A stretch of 62,848 nucleotides of DNA, the filler included, from Nemertoderma westbladi (Eukaryota; Animalia; Xenacoelomorpha), in the NCBI GenBank assembly GCA_032718475.1. It is 3 parts of 3 records of this genome, joined end to end, with 100 filler letters (N's around TTAATTAATTAA, not from the genome) between each part and the next. Parts side by side here need not be neighbours in the genome. Positions count along the whole stretch, not along the records: positions 26,170 to 50,843 come from JAUCBJ010007010.1; 2 more parts are not named here. The stretch is one strand, 5' to 3'. Below, piece after piece: positions 27,120 to 39,299 of the stretch (the first letter of the stretch is position 1; each line of letters starts with the position of its first letter). Below the pieces are notes generated by a model. The model was given only the letters and a program-made list of their open reading frames with translations. It did no database searches and was not told the DNA's origin. The translations under genes and the position numbers were made by a program.

Positions 27120-27989
27120 ATGGGTGTAGATACATATATCACTCTACTTTCAGATAGTTCATTAAATATATACCCCCATAATAACCCTAGCGAGTTTACT
27201 GTTGATTTAGCCGAAGAATTATATATTGGTCCAAACGCTAAAATTGGTCTAGCTGAACTTCAATACCAAGCAACATACAGTAATATTACTTTGCAAACTC
27301 AAATCTCGCTGTCAATCGGCGTCGATGCAAAGGATGCCAAATTATACAGTTTATTTCCTGGTATGCATAGCTCTATTCAAGTCATTATTGATGATATAAA
27401 TAAACTGTTTAATTCTGAAGCGAAATATAGAGATTTCGAATTCATTTTTAATACAAATAATTCTAGAATTAAATTTAAATTTCATAAAAAGTTGAAAAAA
27501 ATACAATTAAGTATACGCGGTGATTTAATACAAATTCTAGGCTTAAAACCGTTATTGGATCAGAATCATCCGAGTATTCCGAACTGGGATATATACAGTA
27601 CCACTACAGTAGATGAATTAAGCAATATAGAACAGCCGATATTAATTTTAAATTATAGCGGACCAAAAATTTCAACAATTGGGATTTTAGATTTTCCAGC
27701 TCCCACGAATATTACACGCAATAAAGACACAATTTTCATATATACAGATATTATTAAGAGCTCATTTGTTGGTGATGCTTTAGCCCCACTTTTAAGAACC
27801 TGCCCTTTAACACAATTAAATCGAAAATATATTAATCACGAATACCAGAGCATTTGCTATTACCCATTGTTGAATAAAACACTAAAAACAATTTTAATTA
27901 GTTTACGTGACGGACAGGGGCAACCAATTAACTTCAACGGAGGTCGCACTGTTATAACACTTAAGTTAATACGCGGCGGAGATGGATGA
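27120..27989 (+). CDS. Polinton minor capsid (penton-like) protein, paralog 1
   Basis: N-terminal YITLLSDSS..YP.N..SEF.V.L...GLAE; C-terminal IFIYTDII..VGD..APLLR..YYPL..I.ISLRD..G..I.F..G...ITL. Confidence 0.85.
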   Translation: MGVDTYITLLSDSSLNIYPHNNPSEFTVDLAEELYIGPNAKIGLAELQYQATYSNITLQTQISLSIGVDAKDAKLYSLFPGMHSSIQVIIDDINKLFNSEAKYRDFEFIFNTNNSRIKFKFHKKLKKIQLSIRGDLIQILGLKPLLDQNHPSIPNWDIYSTTTVDELSNIEQPILILNYSGPKISTIGILDFPAPTNITRNKDTIFIYTDIIKSSFVGDALAPLLRTCPLTQLNRKYINHEYQSICYYPLLNKTLKTILISLRDGQGQPINFNGGRTVITLKLIRGGDG

Positions 27990-28827
27990 GTTCTATGTCA
28001 GACTGCCAAGTAACTCTTGTCCAATTGATTTTCCACGCAATAGCGGCAGTAATTATCAAATTAATTTACATGGCGCCTTACCTATAAATCCAAAGGAAAA
28101 CTGGGTGGTAGGTATAAAAAGTATATTTTATTTAGCAACATTACCGTCCATGTATAACAATGTAGAGAATGTTATTTTATTAAAAAATGGGAAAAAAATT
28201 TTTGAGGATACACTTCCATCCGGTTTGTTCCACAGTATCAATGACATTATAGATTATTTTAACACCGGCCTGTTGAAAGATAAATTACAAATAGTTGAAA
28301 ATACTCAGCAAAATAGGTTGCAATTTATTTTAGGGAAAACTGTACAAGAGTTATTCATAGGTCATCAATTAGCCTATTATTTTGGAATTACTGAAAATAA
28401 TCTCGGGGCGAATTTAAATCCAAATTTTAAAATTATTTTGAAGACGAAAAATAACATAAAGGATTATTTAATAAAGATTATCGGAAATGAAGAAAAAGCT
28501 TACCAGATGGTATTTTTATGTCCTCAACCACCCAACTCTATTCCAGAACCTAAGTCGAACATGTACGTGACTACTAATATAATTGAAAATCAATATATTA
28601 ATGATTTTGGATTAGCTTTACTTTGCCGCGTAGCGATACCTGATGACGTGAAATATGGTAGTGTAATAAATAAAGAATTTGCCGAGGATACAATTCATTA
28701 TATCCCTGTAAAAAAATCATATAAGATAACATACATTCATATTGAAATAACAGACAAAGAAGGAAAAGATTTAAACTTTGAATACGGGACAACCTCTATT
28801 ACCTTACATTTTAAAAAAATAAATTAA
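27982..28827 (+). CDS. Polinton minor capsid (penton-like) protein, paralog 2
   Basis: FYVRLPSNS...FP.N..S.Y.I.L...WVVGI; C-terminal MYVTTNIIE..YIPV..IHIEITD..G..L.FEYG.T.ITLHFK; overlaps the end of paralog 1. Confidence 0.8.
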   Translation: MDEFYVRLPSNSCPIDFPRNSGSNYQINLHGALPINPKENWVVGIKSIFYLATLPSMYNNVENVILLKNGKKIFEDTLPSGLFHSINDIIDYFNTGLLKDKLQIVENTQQNRLQFILGKTVQELFIGHQLAYYFGITENNLGANLNPNFKIILKTKNNIKDYLIKIIGNEEKAYQMVFLCPQPPNSIPEPKSNMYVTTNIIENQYINDFGLALLCRVAIPDDVKYGSVINKEFAEDTIHYIPVKKSYKITYIHIEITDKEGKDLNFEYGTTSITLHFKKIN

Positions 28828-28828
28828 A

Positions 28829-30636
28829 ATGGATTCCGAATTATTTCAAAGATACAGTAAACCGCAATATGGTGGTGCAGACAATAATCTTGCTGTTTTT
28901 AAAGGCGGTAGAAGTACGAGAGGCTCGACGCAAGTTCCTGTTTTTCGAGGTGGTTCATATATTGACCCTTACGGTCAACAAATTGGTGCATTTGGTCCAA
29001 ACTTAAAACAAAGTCGATTTCAACGTTATCCTAGAGGTATGATGGGAACAAATCAACACGGGGAAGGTATATTTACAGACGCTTTATCTACTGTACGCGC
29101 TTTTGTAGACCTTTAGCAGTTTAACCTGCCAAAATTTATATGTCTTTAATTGTTAAATTGACTTTAGAAGATGACGAAGGTTTAACACAAAATAAACAAA
29201 ACATTAGTCGAAGCCAGTCTATGCGCGTTCATTCACCCGATGGTTACACCCGGGAGACTGGATTCGTATGCTTAGATTTATTGCAGTGAAGCCTACTGTA
29301 TTATTCGATTGATCACTAATATATAATCTCTGACAAATATTATTCACTTTCGGGAAATATTAGCAGTTCTTTTTGGATGTGGCGCTCTACCTATGTAAAC
29401 AGAGCTATGACTTATACTAAACACAACAATATGGCTTAGAATTCACGTATGAGACGCATTCTTTAGGAAATGCTTAGTTATCAGCCACAATCATACACAC
29501 TACCGGTAACGCACAATACTGCTCACTGGTATGCCGACAGTTACTGACTTTGATCAGGTATAAAGAGGAATGCACTGGACTCATGTAGTATCTATTAAAC
29601 AGCATTAGATTCACTACAAACTCAATAATATATGTCGCAATTGTTGTATGTAACCTTTCTCTCTAACCTGTAGTGTATCAAGAAGATTGGGAAATTTGGG
29701 TTATTTACCGATATTCTCCAAATAATCTCATTCCAACACCGATACAAATAATGACAAACAGTAAAAGCAGTAAGACGGTAGGTTAAGATATGATATGTAT
29801 GAATGAGTCAGGATAACAGTTATACGTTCTATAATCTAAGCCTACTAATGTTCCTTCTAAAGTCTGAAACATTGCGTCATTCCAAAAGCCGATGTTCAGG
29901 CAGTAGGAACGACATAACACTCATACTGACTCGCCCAGCCTCGATCTGGAGAGTATCTCTTCAGGGAAAACGAAAATCGCCTGGATTGGCTGTTAGACCG
30001 AAACAAAGAAACTAGGTGTCCAATGAGAGCTCCTTCCACGTCAGCAACCAGCTGGGAGATGTCGTAATCGGAATTCTTCCCAAGGCATGGTGATAGAGAA
30101 ATGCCGTATTGCGGGTTTTTGTACCTTGCTATGTCGGCCAAAGCACACATCAAGAAGGATCACTTTTATGTCCGTTAAAAACACCTATACGGTACTTTGC
30201 GGGCCAGGGAACTAATTATATCTGTAAACGCTTTTACAGCAGGTTTTAGAGTATTTGAGCGCACGGGGGGAAAACTGGATTGCGGAGCGAAGGACCAGTT
30301 ACATCCCACAGAAGCTTTTACATCTACATTGAAAAAATTTGTAAACCATTAGCAAAAAAAGTTTTACAAAAAGCTTTACCATTTACCACAAAATTTATGA
30401 GACAACACGTAATACCAAAAGGTAAGCGGGTCTTACATCAACAGGCTAATACGGTTATTAATAAAGCATTAAATAAAATGAAACCCTCAACACGCTCGGT
30501 TGTAGAAAAAGTTTATAGAGATTTAAAGCGTCCGACTAGACAACCAATGTCTATGAACATACACCATCGTTGTAGTAAAAATAGAAAAATAAAAAAAGGT
30601 AAACTGAAAAAACACTGCGAAAAAAGTATTTTTTAA
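28829..30636 (+). pseudogene. Polinton virion core / membrane-lytic-type protein, split by a solo LTR
   Basis: QYGG, FKGG, FRGG and QHGEG motifs before the insertion. Removing 29092-30327 gives GIFTDALSTLKKFV; one extra A is needed to join KPLAKKVLQKALPF and a basic tail. Confidence 0.7.
29092..30322 (-). mobile_element. Solo LTR (1231 bp) with 5-bp TSD TCTAC
   Basis: TGTA...TACA termini; TCTAC at 29087-29091 and 30323-30327. Confidence 0.88.
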
Positions 30637-30638
30637 TA

Positions 30639-31897
30639 ATGTCAATTATTAAGGAATTAGATTTATTTTCTACACAGCCAATACAGACTGAATTTAAAGC
30701 AAAGCATTATGAAACAATTTACCCAGTATCTAATCTCCGAGGCGAATCTAGGGAGGTCACATTTGTTGTACCAAGATCCAATGAATTCTATACGAAACTG
30801 CAAGATGCGTTATTAATTACAAAATGTACAGTACGCTGGGACAGACGACTTGAAAACTCTCATATTTATATGCTGAATTACGCCGCTGAAACTATGTGGA
30901 GTGATATTAAAATAGACCTTAATGAGAAACAGGTTGAAAATAGCAATAACCATTATTTCTACAAGTCGTACTTATCCAATTTGTTATTCACAACCTACGA
31001 GTCTAAAAATGGACTACTGGGGGCGGGCGGCTTTCATCAGCCCCTATCTGATCACGGAAATGAAATTAATGCTGGCGCGCATCCTATTGGCGAAGCCTTT
31101 AGTAAACAAATGCAATTTGTAAGCGGATTGACTATTGATTTTGATACTGAAAATAAAATAATACAACCTGGGTATGATTTAAGAATGCATTATAGAAAAG
31201 CATCAAATTCGTATATTTTTAAAATCACTCCAAACGCAAATGCAGTAACAAATCTTCGGCTAGAATTAGATGAAGTAAAGATCCTAATCCCTAGAATGGA
31301 GGTTAATCCTGTAATAGAAAGCAGTCACCTAAAAGGTTTAGAGAGTTACGATATTGAATATCAATTTCAAAAGAAAGATGTGACAACATTTACTATTCCC
31401 CTCAAACCACAAATTACACCCAAACAAACATATTTGATGGTAAAAAACCCAAATTGGTTATTATTGGATTGATAACAAATAACTCATATTCGGGGGAATT
31501 AATTAGTAATCCCTTGAAATTTGAACATTTTAACCTTAGACGCGCGGAACTGATTGTAGACGGTCTTCCAGTAGGTGGTGTAATATACGAGCCTAATTTT
31601 ACAGACGGGACCTATATTTTTGAGTATACACAATTAATGAAGAACATTAATACATATATTAACGGTTATGGGGGTAATAATATAGACCATGAAACTTACT
31701 TAGGTAATTGCCCCCTCCTATCTTGGGACCTAACAGCAGACGGCTATGTTAGGGATCCCCAACCATCAATATATACTAACGGACAATTAAAATTAAGATT
31801 TGCCGAACCGTTGGTTGAGACCATAAATGTAATCGTTTTTAATATTTATGATCAATCATTAAGTTTAAATAGCAGGAAAGAAATACATATCGATTAA
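30639..31897 (+). CDS. Polinton major capsid protein (double jelly-roll), one frameshift near 31400
   Basis: ELDLFS..PIQT..YPVS, NNHYFYKSYL..LL; after the shift NIFDGKKPKLVIIGL..N.SY.G...NPLKFEHFNL, WDLT.D, LKLRFAEPL; about 420 aa when joined. Confidence 0.88.
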
Positions 31898-31899
31898 GT

Positions 31900-32358
31900 A
31901 TGTTATCTACAGAGGACCTTGATATGTTTCCAGTGGGTGGTCACTATTTGGGAGCGTTTCCGGCTAATAAATTACCTAAATTAGATAATAATAATAATAA
32001 TCGGAGAGACTATGGGTTAATAGTAAATACCGATAAAGAGCATCTTCCCGGGGCTCATTGGATTGCCATATATATACGAGATAATGACGCTGAATTATTT
32101 AATTCGTTTGGACCAAAATATCCAAACAGATGTATCGAAAAATGGCTTGAAAAAAATTCCGCAAGATGGCGTACTACCCGCAAACAATTTCAAGACCCGA
32201 GAAGGACCACATGCGGCCTTTACTGTCTTTATTATTTAGTAAATCGGATTCACACAAACCATCCAATGAGAGCGTTTACAAATAATGTGGAAATAAATGA
32301 AATAATCTTATATAAATGGCTTGTTAATTATTATAAAATAAACCAACAAGCGTTGTAA
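31900..32358 (+). CDS. Adenain-like (C5) cysteine maturation protease
   Basis: GAFPANKLP, IVNTD...PGAHWIAI, ELFNSFG, FQ....TCGLYCLYYL; catalytic H, Q and C present, with Asn where FDSFG usually has Asp. Confidence 0.9.
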   Translation: MLSTEDLDMFPVGGHYLGAFPANKLPKLDNNNNNRRDYGLIVNTDKEHLPGAHWIAIYIRDNDAELFNSFGPKYPNRCIEKWLEKNSARWRTTRKQFQDPRRTTCGLYCLYYLVNRIHTNHPMRAFTNNVEINEIILYKWLVNYYKINQQAL

Positions 32359-32389
32359 TTAATCATTTAACTTTTGTTTATCAGATAAA

Positions 32390-33040
32390 ATGGATAATAT
32401 TATTTTTGTTGATTTTCAATACTATACGATAGACAATAAGGAGTATCCAATAGTATTTAAAGAATTTGCTATATTCGATTCTAATTACACCAAAATAAAG
32501 ACATACCAAATAAAGACATTTTTAATTAAAGGGCCGCCTAATATTAAATTATCCCCACTAGATGAAGCCCACGTAAACAATTTACGGGATATGACTTCTC
32601 ATTTGCCCTGGGACTACGGTGACATTTCCCAAGATTCCTTTAAAAAATATATGAAGAGACATTTAAAATATAAAAAAAATATTCATGTATTTGGGTTGAT
32701 GAAGCAGGCAATATTAAATACCCAACTTGATGTACCCGCTCCAATTTCGATGGAGAAATTGGGAATATATCACCCATATTACGATTATTTAGCCCCTTGC
32801 CGCTTCCACAATCAATTCACTACAGTAGAAAATAAATGTGAATTCCACTTAAACACAAGGGATAACTGTCTGCGCTACTGCTCAGCAAAACGCGTCGGCG
32901 GGTATGTGATGATAAGATTTTTTATGAGAAACCGATTAACGGCAACTGTTGATGATGATAAACAGAAAGAAATAACTGCTGTGGAAGATGTACCTCATAC
33001 AGTAGGTTTAACTGAGGTGGAAGATGTACTCTTACAGTAG
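32390..33040 (+). CDS. Putative DEDD/DnaQ-fold nuclease-like protein with C-terminal Cys/His cluster
   Basis: IIFVDFQ...FKEFAI, F...PP, HLPWDYG, V.G..K..L, C..H...C; pattern recalled from arthropod Polinton accessory ORFs. Confidence 0.55.
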   Translation: MDNIIFVDFQYYTIDNKEYPIVFKEFAIFDSNYTKIKTYQIKTFLIKGPPNIKLSPLDEAHVNNLRDMTSHLPWDYGDISQDSFKKYMKRHLKYKKNIHVFGLMKQAILNTQLDVPAPISMEKLGIYHPYYDYLAPCRFHNQFTTVENKCEFHLNTRDNCLRYCSAKRVGGYVMIRFFMRNRLTATVDDDKQKEITAVEDVPHTVGLTEVEDVLLQ

Positions 33041-34025
33041 GTTTACTCTAAGCTTGTAGTAATGTGATGGGATAATATATTTGTTTTAATGTCAATAAAA
33101 AATAATAAAAACATTAAAATCTTTTTTTATATCGCTGGCTGTTTACACTCACAAACACGCCACACTGTTGTATCAGAGTTTAACTACCAGTAGCTAGTTG
33201 ACTTTACACATACAGACATATAGAATGGCTGGCGCCCTTCTAGACTGACGGAAACCACAAGGCTTTAGCACAAGGCTTACTAAATAATAAAATTAAATTA
33301 ACTTAACTTAACTCAACATGGTGGGTTTGTGAATGCTTGCATTAGAGAGGCCCCTCCTAACAATAACTCGACATGCAGGGTGGTTAGTGAATGCGGTATT
33401 AGAGGAGGCCCTCCTAACAATAGGCCTACTGGTACCGGCACTGTAGCACTCTTGTGTAACTGTATACTTCATGTACTTGGATAGAGCAAGGGGCTGCTGG
33501 TTTCTTCGATTTAAGGATTAGGCTATTACACTTGAATGCTTCCAATTTTCTGTTTACAACTTTAATTGGTCTAATCTACATTACTGCAGGGGGGTATCGG
33601 TACCGGTACTGCTGTTGCATAGGTAAGCCTATACGGCTATAGTTAACTTTATGCGGCCCCCTTTTTCGAATGTTGACCTTTAGAACTCTCACTAGGCGCA
33701 CCTTCATTCAGTTAGGCATATAGGCCTAATCACTACTCCTCAACTGAAAGCGACCTACCGCATTGATACAATAGGTGTGGCTAGCAATATATATAAAATT
33801 CACCGCACCCAAGTTCATTCATTCATTCGCTTCATGTTGTAGGCTTTTATAAAACATAGTTAGTTTAATTTATGTGTCCGCTTTTTTTAATTAGATATAA
33901 AATATTATAAAATATGCAATACAATACAATACAATACAATACAAAAACCTACTGATACCGGTAACACACACATTAGCCCTCTACGTAACAGACGTGACTA
34001 GGCCTAATTATATAGACCTATGAGT

Positions 34026-34379
34026 CTACTGACGTATTCTCGGATCGCTGGGAAGTAGTAGAGTTGGTATTGGAACTGGAGCTGCCACTATATCTTCAGG
34101 GTCATCCCAGTTTTCTCCCCTACTATAATTATCTAGACTTATCTGGTGCGCTTCTCCGGGTTGAACTCTAACGTTTAAATTGAAGTTTTTTTTGGTCGTC
34201 AATGTGGTTTGCTGATCTTGGGTGCTGCTGGTTTTATTTTTAACCATTATTGTTATTTCTCCGTTGTTTTTTTTTAAATGTAATTCAGTTACATTTAAGG
34301 ATGTAAAGTAAAGGTCGTCTCCATCAACATCAAATTTTAATAAACAGTCGCCACTATTTGCATTGAAAGAAAATGCCAT
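34026..34379 (-). CDS. Hypothetical Polinton protein (117 aa)
   Basis: ATG-started ORF with plausible beta-rich composition, co-oriented with the minus-strand module; no recognisable motif. Confidence 0.45.
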   Translation of the reverse strand: MAFSFNANSGDCLLKFDVDGDDLYFTSLNVTELHLKKNNGEITIMVKNKTSSTQDQQTTLTTKKNFNLNVRVQPGEAHQISLDNYSRGENWDDPEDIVAAPVPIPTLLLPSDPRIRQ

Positions 34380-34767
34380 CTTGGATGTTGGTGTTGGATG
34401 TTGGTTGGTTGGTGGATAGAGGAATCGTTGGAACTAAAATTTGTTGAAGAGGTTAGTTTTTTTCAAATATGAAGATAACTTGGACCTAGTCTATACCGGT
34501 ATTTATTTTACAGTAGGGAAACAATGTAGAACATAAACCTTTCCCATGCGGATTAGCGATATATGCTCTGTTCATTGTTCTATTCCGAATGTGGGAGATG
34601 CATAGCGGATGTTTTAATAATATGCGGTGGTATACAGACTAGTAACAGATAGGATGGCATCGTCTTTGACTATGAATACCAGCACATACCCTTAATCTTT
34701 TCTCACTGAGCTTAGCGTTGACCACCGTACACTCGCACACTCACAAGTAACAGATGCACTAGGCCTA

Positions 34768-37700
34768 TTGTAGCCCACTCGTGAGCAGCAATGCTTAGTT
34801 AGCTAGCTAGCTACGGTTGTAGAGTAGTGACTTGAGAAAGTAAGGGATAAGGGAGTAACCGTGTACTGAACAACCGTGTACTGTGGACTGTACCGTACTG
34901 CAGTAAAGCAGTAATACAATTCAGTAATAAATGACCTCCCACGGGACCGGTGATACTGGTGGCGCCGTGAGGGGAAACTCGATAACAAACTGTGGTATCG
35001 CTGTAAGTGACTGTGGTTTAATAGTAAATGAGCTGCTATGTTTTATGTGCAATAAGATTGATATACTACCATCGGCCGTTTCGATTCAGGTATGCACTAC
35101 AACCTACTCTGACGATGAAGTCGAGAAATCGAAGAAACTCTTGTACGATTACTGTTCTACAGAAACTTCATCTCGATACATCAAGAGGCAAGGTAATAAC
35201 AAGCGAAATGCAAATCTTGAAGATATGCTTAAGCTGATACAGGAATGTGGGGAGGATATTCCATCGTTTGTGGCTTTGGATCTGAGTAAACTACCACCGA
35301 TAACCTATGACAGTATTGATGTGACTGCGTTGTACTCGGCTGCTAAACAGAATAGCGACGATGTTAAGGTTCTGTGCAGCACAATGTCACTGCAAGCGCG
35401 ATCCGTTGATTCGTTGACGGAATTGGTTAAGAATTAATCCGAGGCTGTCAATGTAAACGCATCGGAAACGTCAAATATTAGAAATAATAGCTATGTACAG
35501 CCTTCTGCGGTACCGGTACCTACCCGTAACGATGGAGGGTCAACTGCAAATCATGACGTAGACTCTCCGTGGACCACGCGAGTGTGAAGAGGAGGTCACG
35601 TGCGCGACATACCCGCTGGTAATTTGCAATTTACATCACGTCCTGCCTACCGCCAGCCACCCACTGAGCCGGAGATCCGTGGTGGAAGCAGGCAAGGGGG
35701 CAGGCAGCGGCGCCCAGTAGTTGTGGGAAGTGGCACAGTAGTAGATGGCGAGGGGTTTTCTATCGGCACCGTGTCAACGAGAATCCAGCGAGCATTTGCT
35801 ACTCGTTTCCCACCCGATCTGGACCCAAAATGCCTTGAGCGTTTTCTCCTTAAGAAGCTGAATTTAACGGAAGGATTAACAGTCGAGATGCTAAAGACTC
35901 GTTACGATACGTATAGTTCGGTCAAGGTTGAGTTGCTGAGTTCGGAGCCTCAGGTTCTCATGAATCCTTAGATCTGGCCGAGCGGAGCTCTGGTTAAGGA
36001 GTTCGTCGGAGGAAACCGACGTCGCCCCGCTGCTGTAGATCCTGAAGTTCTTAAGGTCTGAAACTGAAAGTCTCGGTGATAAGCCTATAAGTTGAGTTTT
36101 TGAAGGTTTTTTTAGTATGGAAGTCACCTCATTCAATTGTAATGGATTGTTTGATAGTAGGAATCGGGGCTACCTTAAACCAACTGTAGTTGATCTATTT
36201 AATCGATATGATATTGTGTGTCTACAGGAGACTTGGTTTAGCAAACAGGACTTATCTCGATTAAATACTTTGCATCCTGGGCTGCACGGGACTGGGGTTG
36301 CAGTTACAGATTACGGTAGTGGTGTTCATCATGGGAGGAACAAAGGCGGAGTAGCGATTTTTTGGAAATCACAGTACGATAATTACATACAACCTTTATC
36401 ATTCGATTACGATTGGCTATGTGCAATAGAAATCAATATTGATAATCATAAATTTGTTTTCATAAATGTGTATCTGCCATTTGAACACCGCGATAATGAG
36501 GCGGATTCTTTGTTTAAGTTGGGTACAATACATAATCTTATTGATGAATTGGGAACTAGCATGACTTTTATTATAGGAGATTTTAACTCTGATATATCTG
36601 ATGATAAATCATTGTTTGGTAAACACCTTATTGAGTTTTGTAGTGACACGGACTTAATTTTGTCGAGTAAGCAGTTTATTAACTCAGGATTTACATATGT
36701 TGATAGTTACTGGGGCTCAGTATCGTGGCTTGACCACTGCCTGTGCACAGCTGATGCTCACAGTGCTATTACACGCCTAAACATTTTGTATGATGATTCA
36801 CGTGGTGTGGATCATATTCCGTTTGACCTTGGTTTAAATGTATCTGCGGTGCCTTCTGTAAATTTTTTTAACAGTGATGACTCTGTACGCAGCACCGGAT
36901 GTAAATTTAATTGGAGTAGAGCTAATAAAAAAGATATAGATAATTTTTGTGAGCAAACGGCGCTTAAATTAGATAAGCTCTCCTCGTGTACTGGCGATTA
37001 TATTTTATGTAAAGACATTAACTGTACAGATAGTGATCATATATCTAATTTAGAAAATTTTATGAATCGGTTATTTCTGCCTTACATGAATCCGAACACA
37101 CTAATGGTTCTAGAACTAATAGTAAAAATATCATTCCTGGGTGGAATGATCTGATTAGGCAACATTATGATGCATCTCGCGATACATTCTCTCTGTGGCG
37201 TGAGGCGGGACGACCCCGATCTGGCCCAATTTTCGATCTGAAAAGGCGAGCGGACTTGCGTTTTAAATACGCTGTCCGTGCAGCCAAAAATAACAAAAAC
37301 AAAATTCGTTGCGAAATGTTAGCCAAAAAACTGTCTGGTAAAAATACTCGTGACTTTTGGAAAGAAATTAAAAAAATTAACAATTGTAATACTCCATTAC
37401 CAACTTCGATTGATGGTACTACAGGTACTGCAGAGATTGCTGAGATGTGGCGTAAACATTATTATGATCTTTTTAATTGTTTAAAGCGCACAACCAATAA
37501 TTTACACTGTACCGATAAAATTAATTACGAAGATATGTGTGTTAGTGCTGAGGAGGTTCGTAGTAATATTGAGTCTTTATCAAATAATAAATCTTGTGGT
37601 TTAGACGGCATATTTGCAGAACATTTAAAGTACAGTAGCAGTATACTATATGAAATTTTAGCAACTTTATTTACGAGTTTCTTTGTTTATGGTTATCTTC

Positions 37701-39102
37701 CTAATAACTTAATATCTGTTATATTGGTGCCGATAATTAAAGATAAAACAGCTAAAATTAACAGTAAAGATAATTACAGACCGATAGCGTTAGCAAGCAT
37801 CATTTCAAAGGTAATGGAAAAAATAATACTGCATAGGATAGAACCTAATCTAAAAACAACGCATAATCAATTTGGTTTTAAAAGTAAATTAGGTACCGAT
37901 ATGTGCATATTTTCCCTGAAAGAAATGATATACAAATACAGACAGTTACAATCTACTATGTTTGTCACTTTCTTGGACGCCTCTAAGGCATTTGATAGAA
38001 TAAACCATGATGTGCTTTTTGGTACTCTAATTAAACGGGGGGTTCCCCAATATATAGTGCGATTAATAATTTTCTGGTATGTTCATCAAACATTCTGTGT
38101 TAGGTGGGGCCCAAATGTTTCGGCTTCTTTCACCGTTTCTAACGGAGTAAGACAGGGTGGAATACTGAGCCCTTTCCTATTTAACATTTATATGAATATA
38201 TTATCTACTAAATTAATTAGCTGCAATATAGGGTGTCTTATGTATCATACATTATGCAATAATATTTTGTATGCTGATGATTTAGTTTTATTGTCTCCGT
38301 CTGTAAAAGGTATGCAAAAACTGCTGAAATTGTGCTCTGAGTTTGGAGACGAATATGATGTAATTTTCAACGCAACAAAAAGTGCTACTTTATATATTCG
38401 ATCAAAATCTCAAATATCGTGGAATTTTCCTTCATTTAAAATAGGCAATATTGCTCTTCCAATCAAAAAAGAATATAAATATTTAGGACATTATATTACC
38501 AATACACTATCTGATGATAGAGATATTTTACGACAACGTAGGAAACTATATATGCAGGCAAATAGTTTGAAACGCAGATTTTTTATGTGTTCAAATTATA
38601 TTAAGCAACGTTTATTTCAATCCTATTGTACGCCGATGTATACAGCTCACTTATGGTGCAATTATACTAAAACTGTATATAATAAATTTACAGCATCATA
38701 TAATAATACATTTCGAATTCTTATGGGATATCCCAAAAATTGTAGTGCCTCAGAAATGTTTTTATTTAATCGTTTGCCTAGTTGTGCTGCTGTGATTCGT
38801 AATCTCATTTATAATTTCATTGTTAGGATCGATAAATCATCTAATACTATTATCTCCAGCTGTTCTACATCTGATTGTATATATTTTTCCCCATTGCGAC
38901 GGTTTTGGATGACTGAATTACATATTAATTTTAAATTGCCGAAGCTGTTATATATTAATTCCGTTAAGGCCTTATTCTGGTAAATAACGCTTACATTTAT
39001 TGGTTGTTTGGTGATGGTGGTGTAGTAATAAAAAAAAATTAATAATGTTATGGTGCAAAGTGGACTTCGTGTTCAGAATATACAATATAATAATAATAAT
39101 AT
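34768..39102 (+). mobile_element. Near full-length LINE (tentatively RTEX-like): ORF1 ~34931-36060 broken by stops, ORF2 36117-38983 with a frameshift near 37060
   Basis: ORF1 VNELLCF..NK, LDLSKLPP; endonuclease SFNCNG, LQETW, NVYLP, GDFN, WLDH, DH; RT NYRPIAL, FLDASKAFD, GVRQGGILSP, LYADD, YKYLG; (TAA)n tail; imperfect TSD ACTAGGCCTA / ACTATGCCTA. Confidence 0.9.
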
Positions 39103-39299
39103 ACTATGCCTACTTGAGAGTTACAAGCAATCGCACTACTGAAGTTAGTTTAGTTAATTTCCCCTCCCTCAAACTAGTTGTTGATTTTAAAAAAATATTC
39201 ATAAATTTCTTCTCCCACCAATTTAATATATATATATTTTACAGTAAAAATCTCCACCACCACCACCAAAGAGCAACAACAACAATAATTTCACTCGCA

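Noticed and set aside
29803-30153. Short ORFs inside the structural module
   Set aside because: They lie within the solo LTR.
34768-39102. RT as a native gene of the Polinton (hybrid RT-DNA virus)
   Set aside because: It has its own ORF1, endonuclease, (TAA)n tail, probable TSD and disabling mutations: a secondary LINE insertion.
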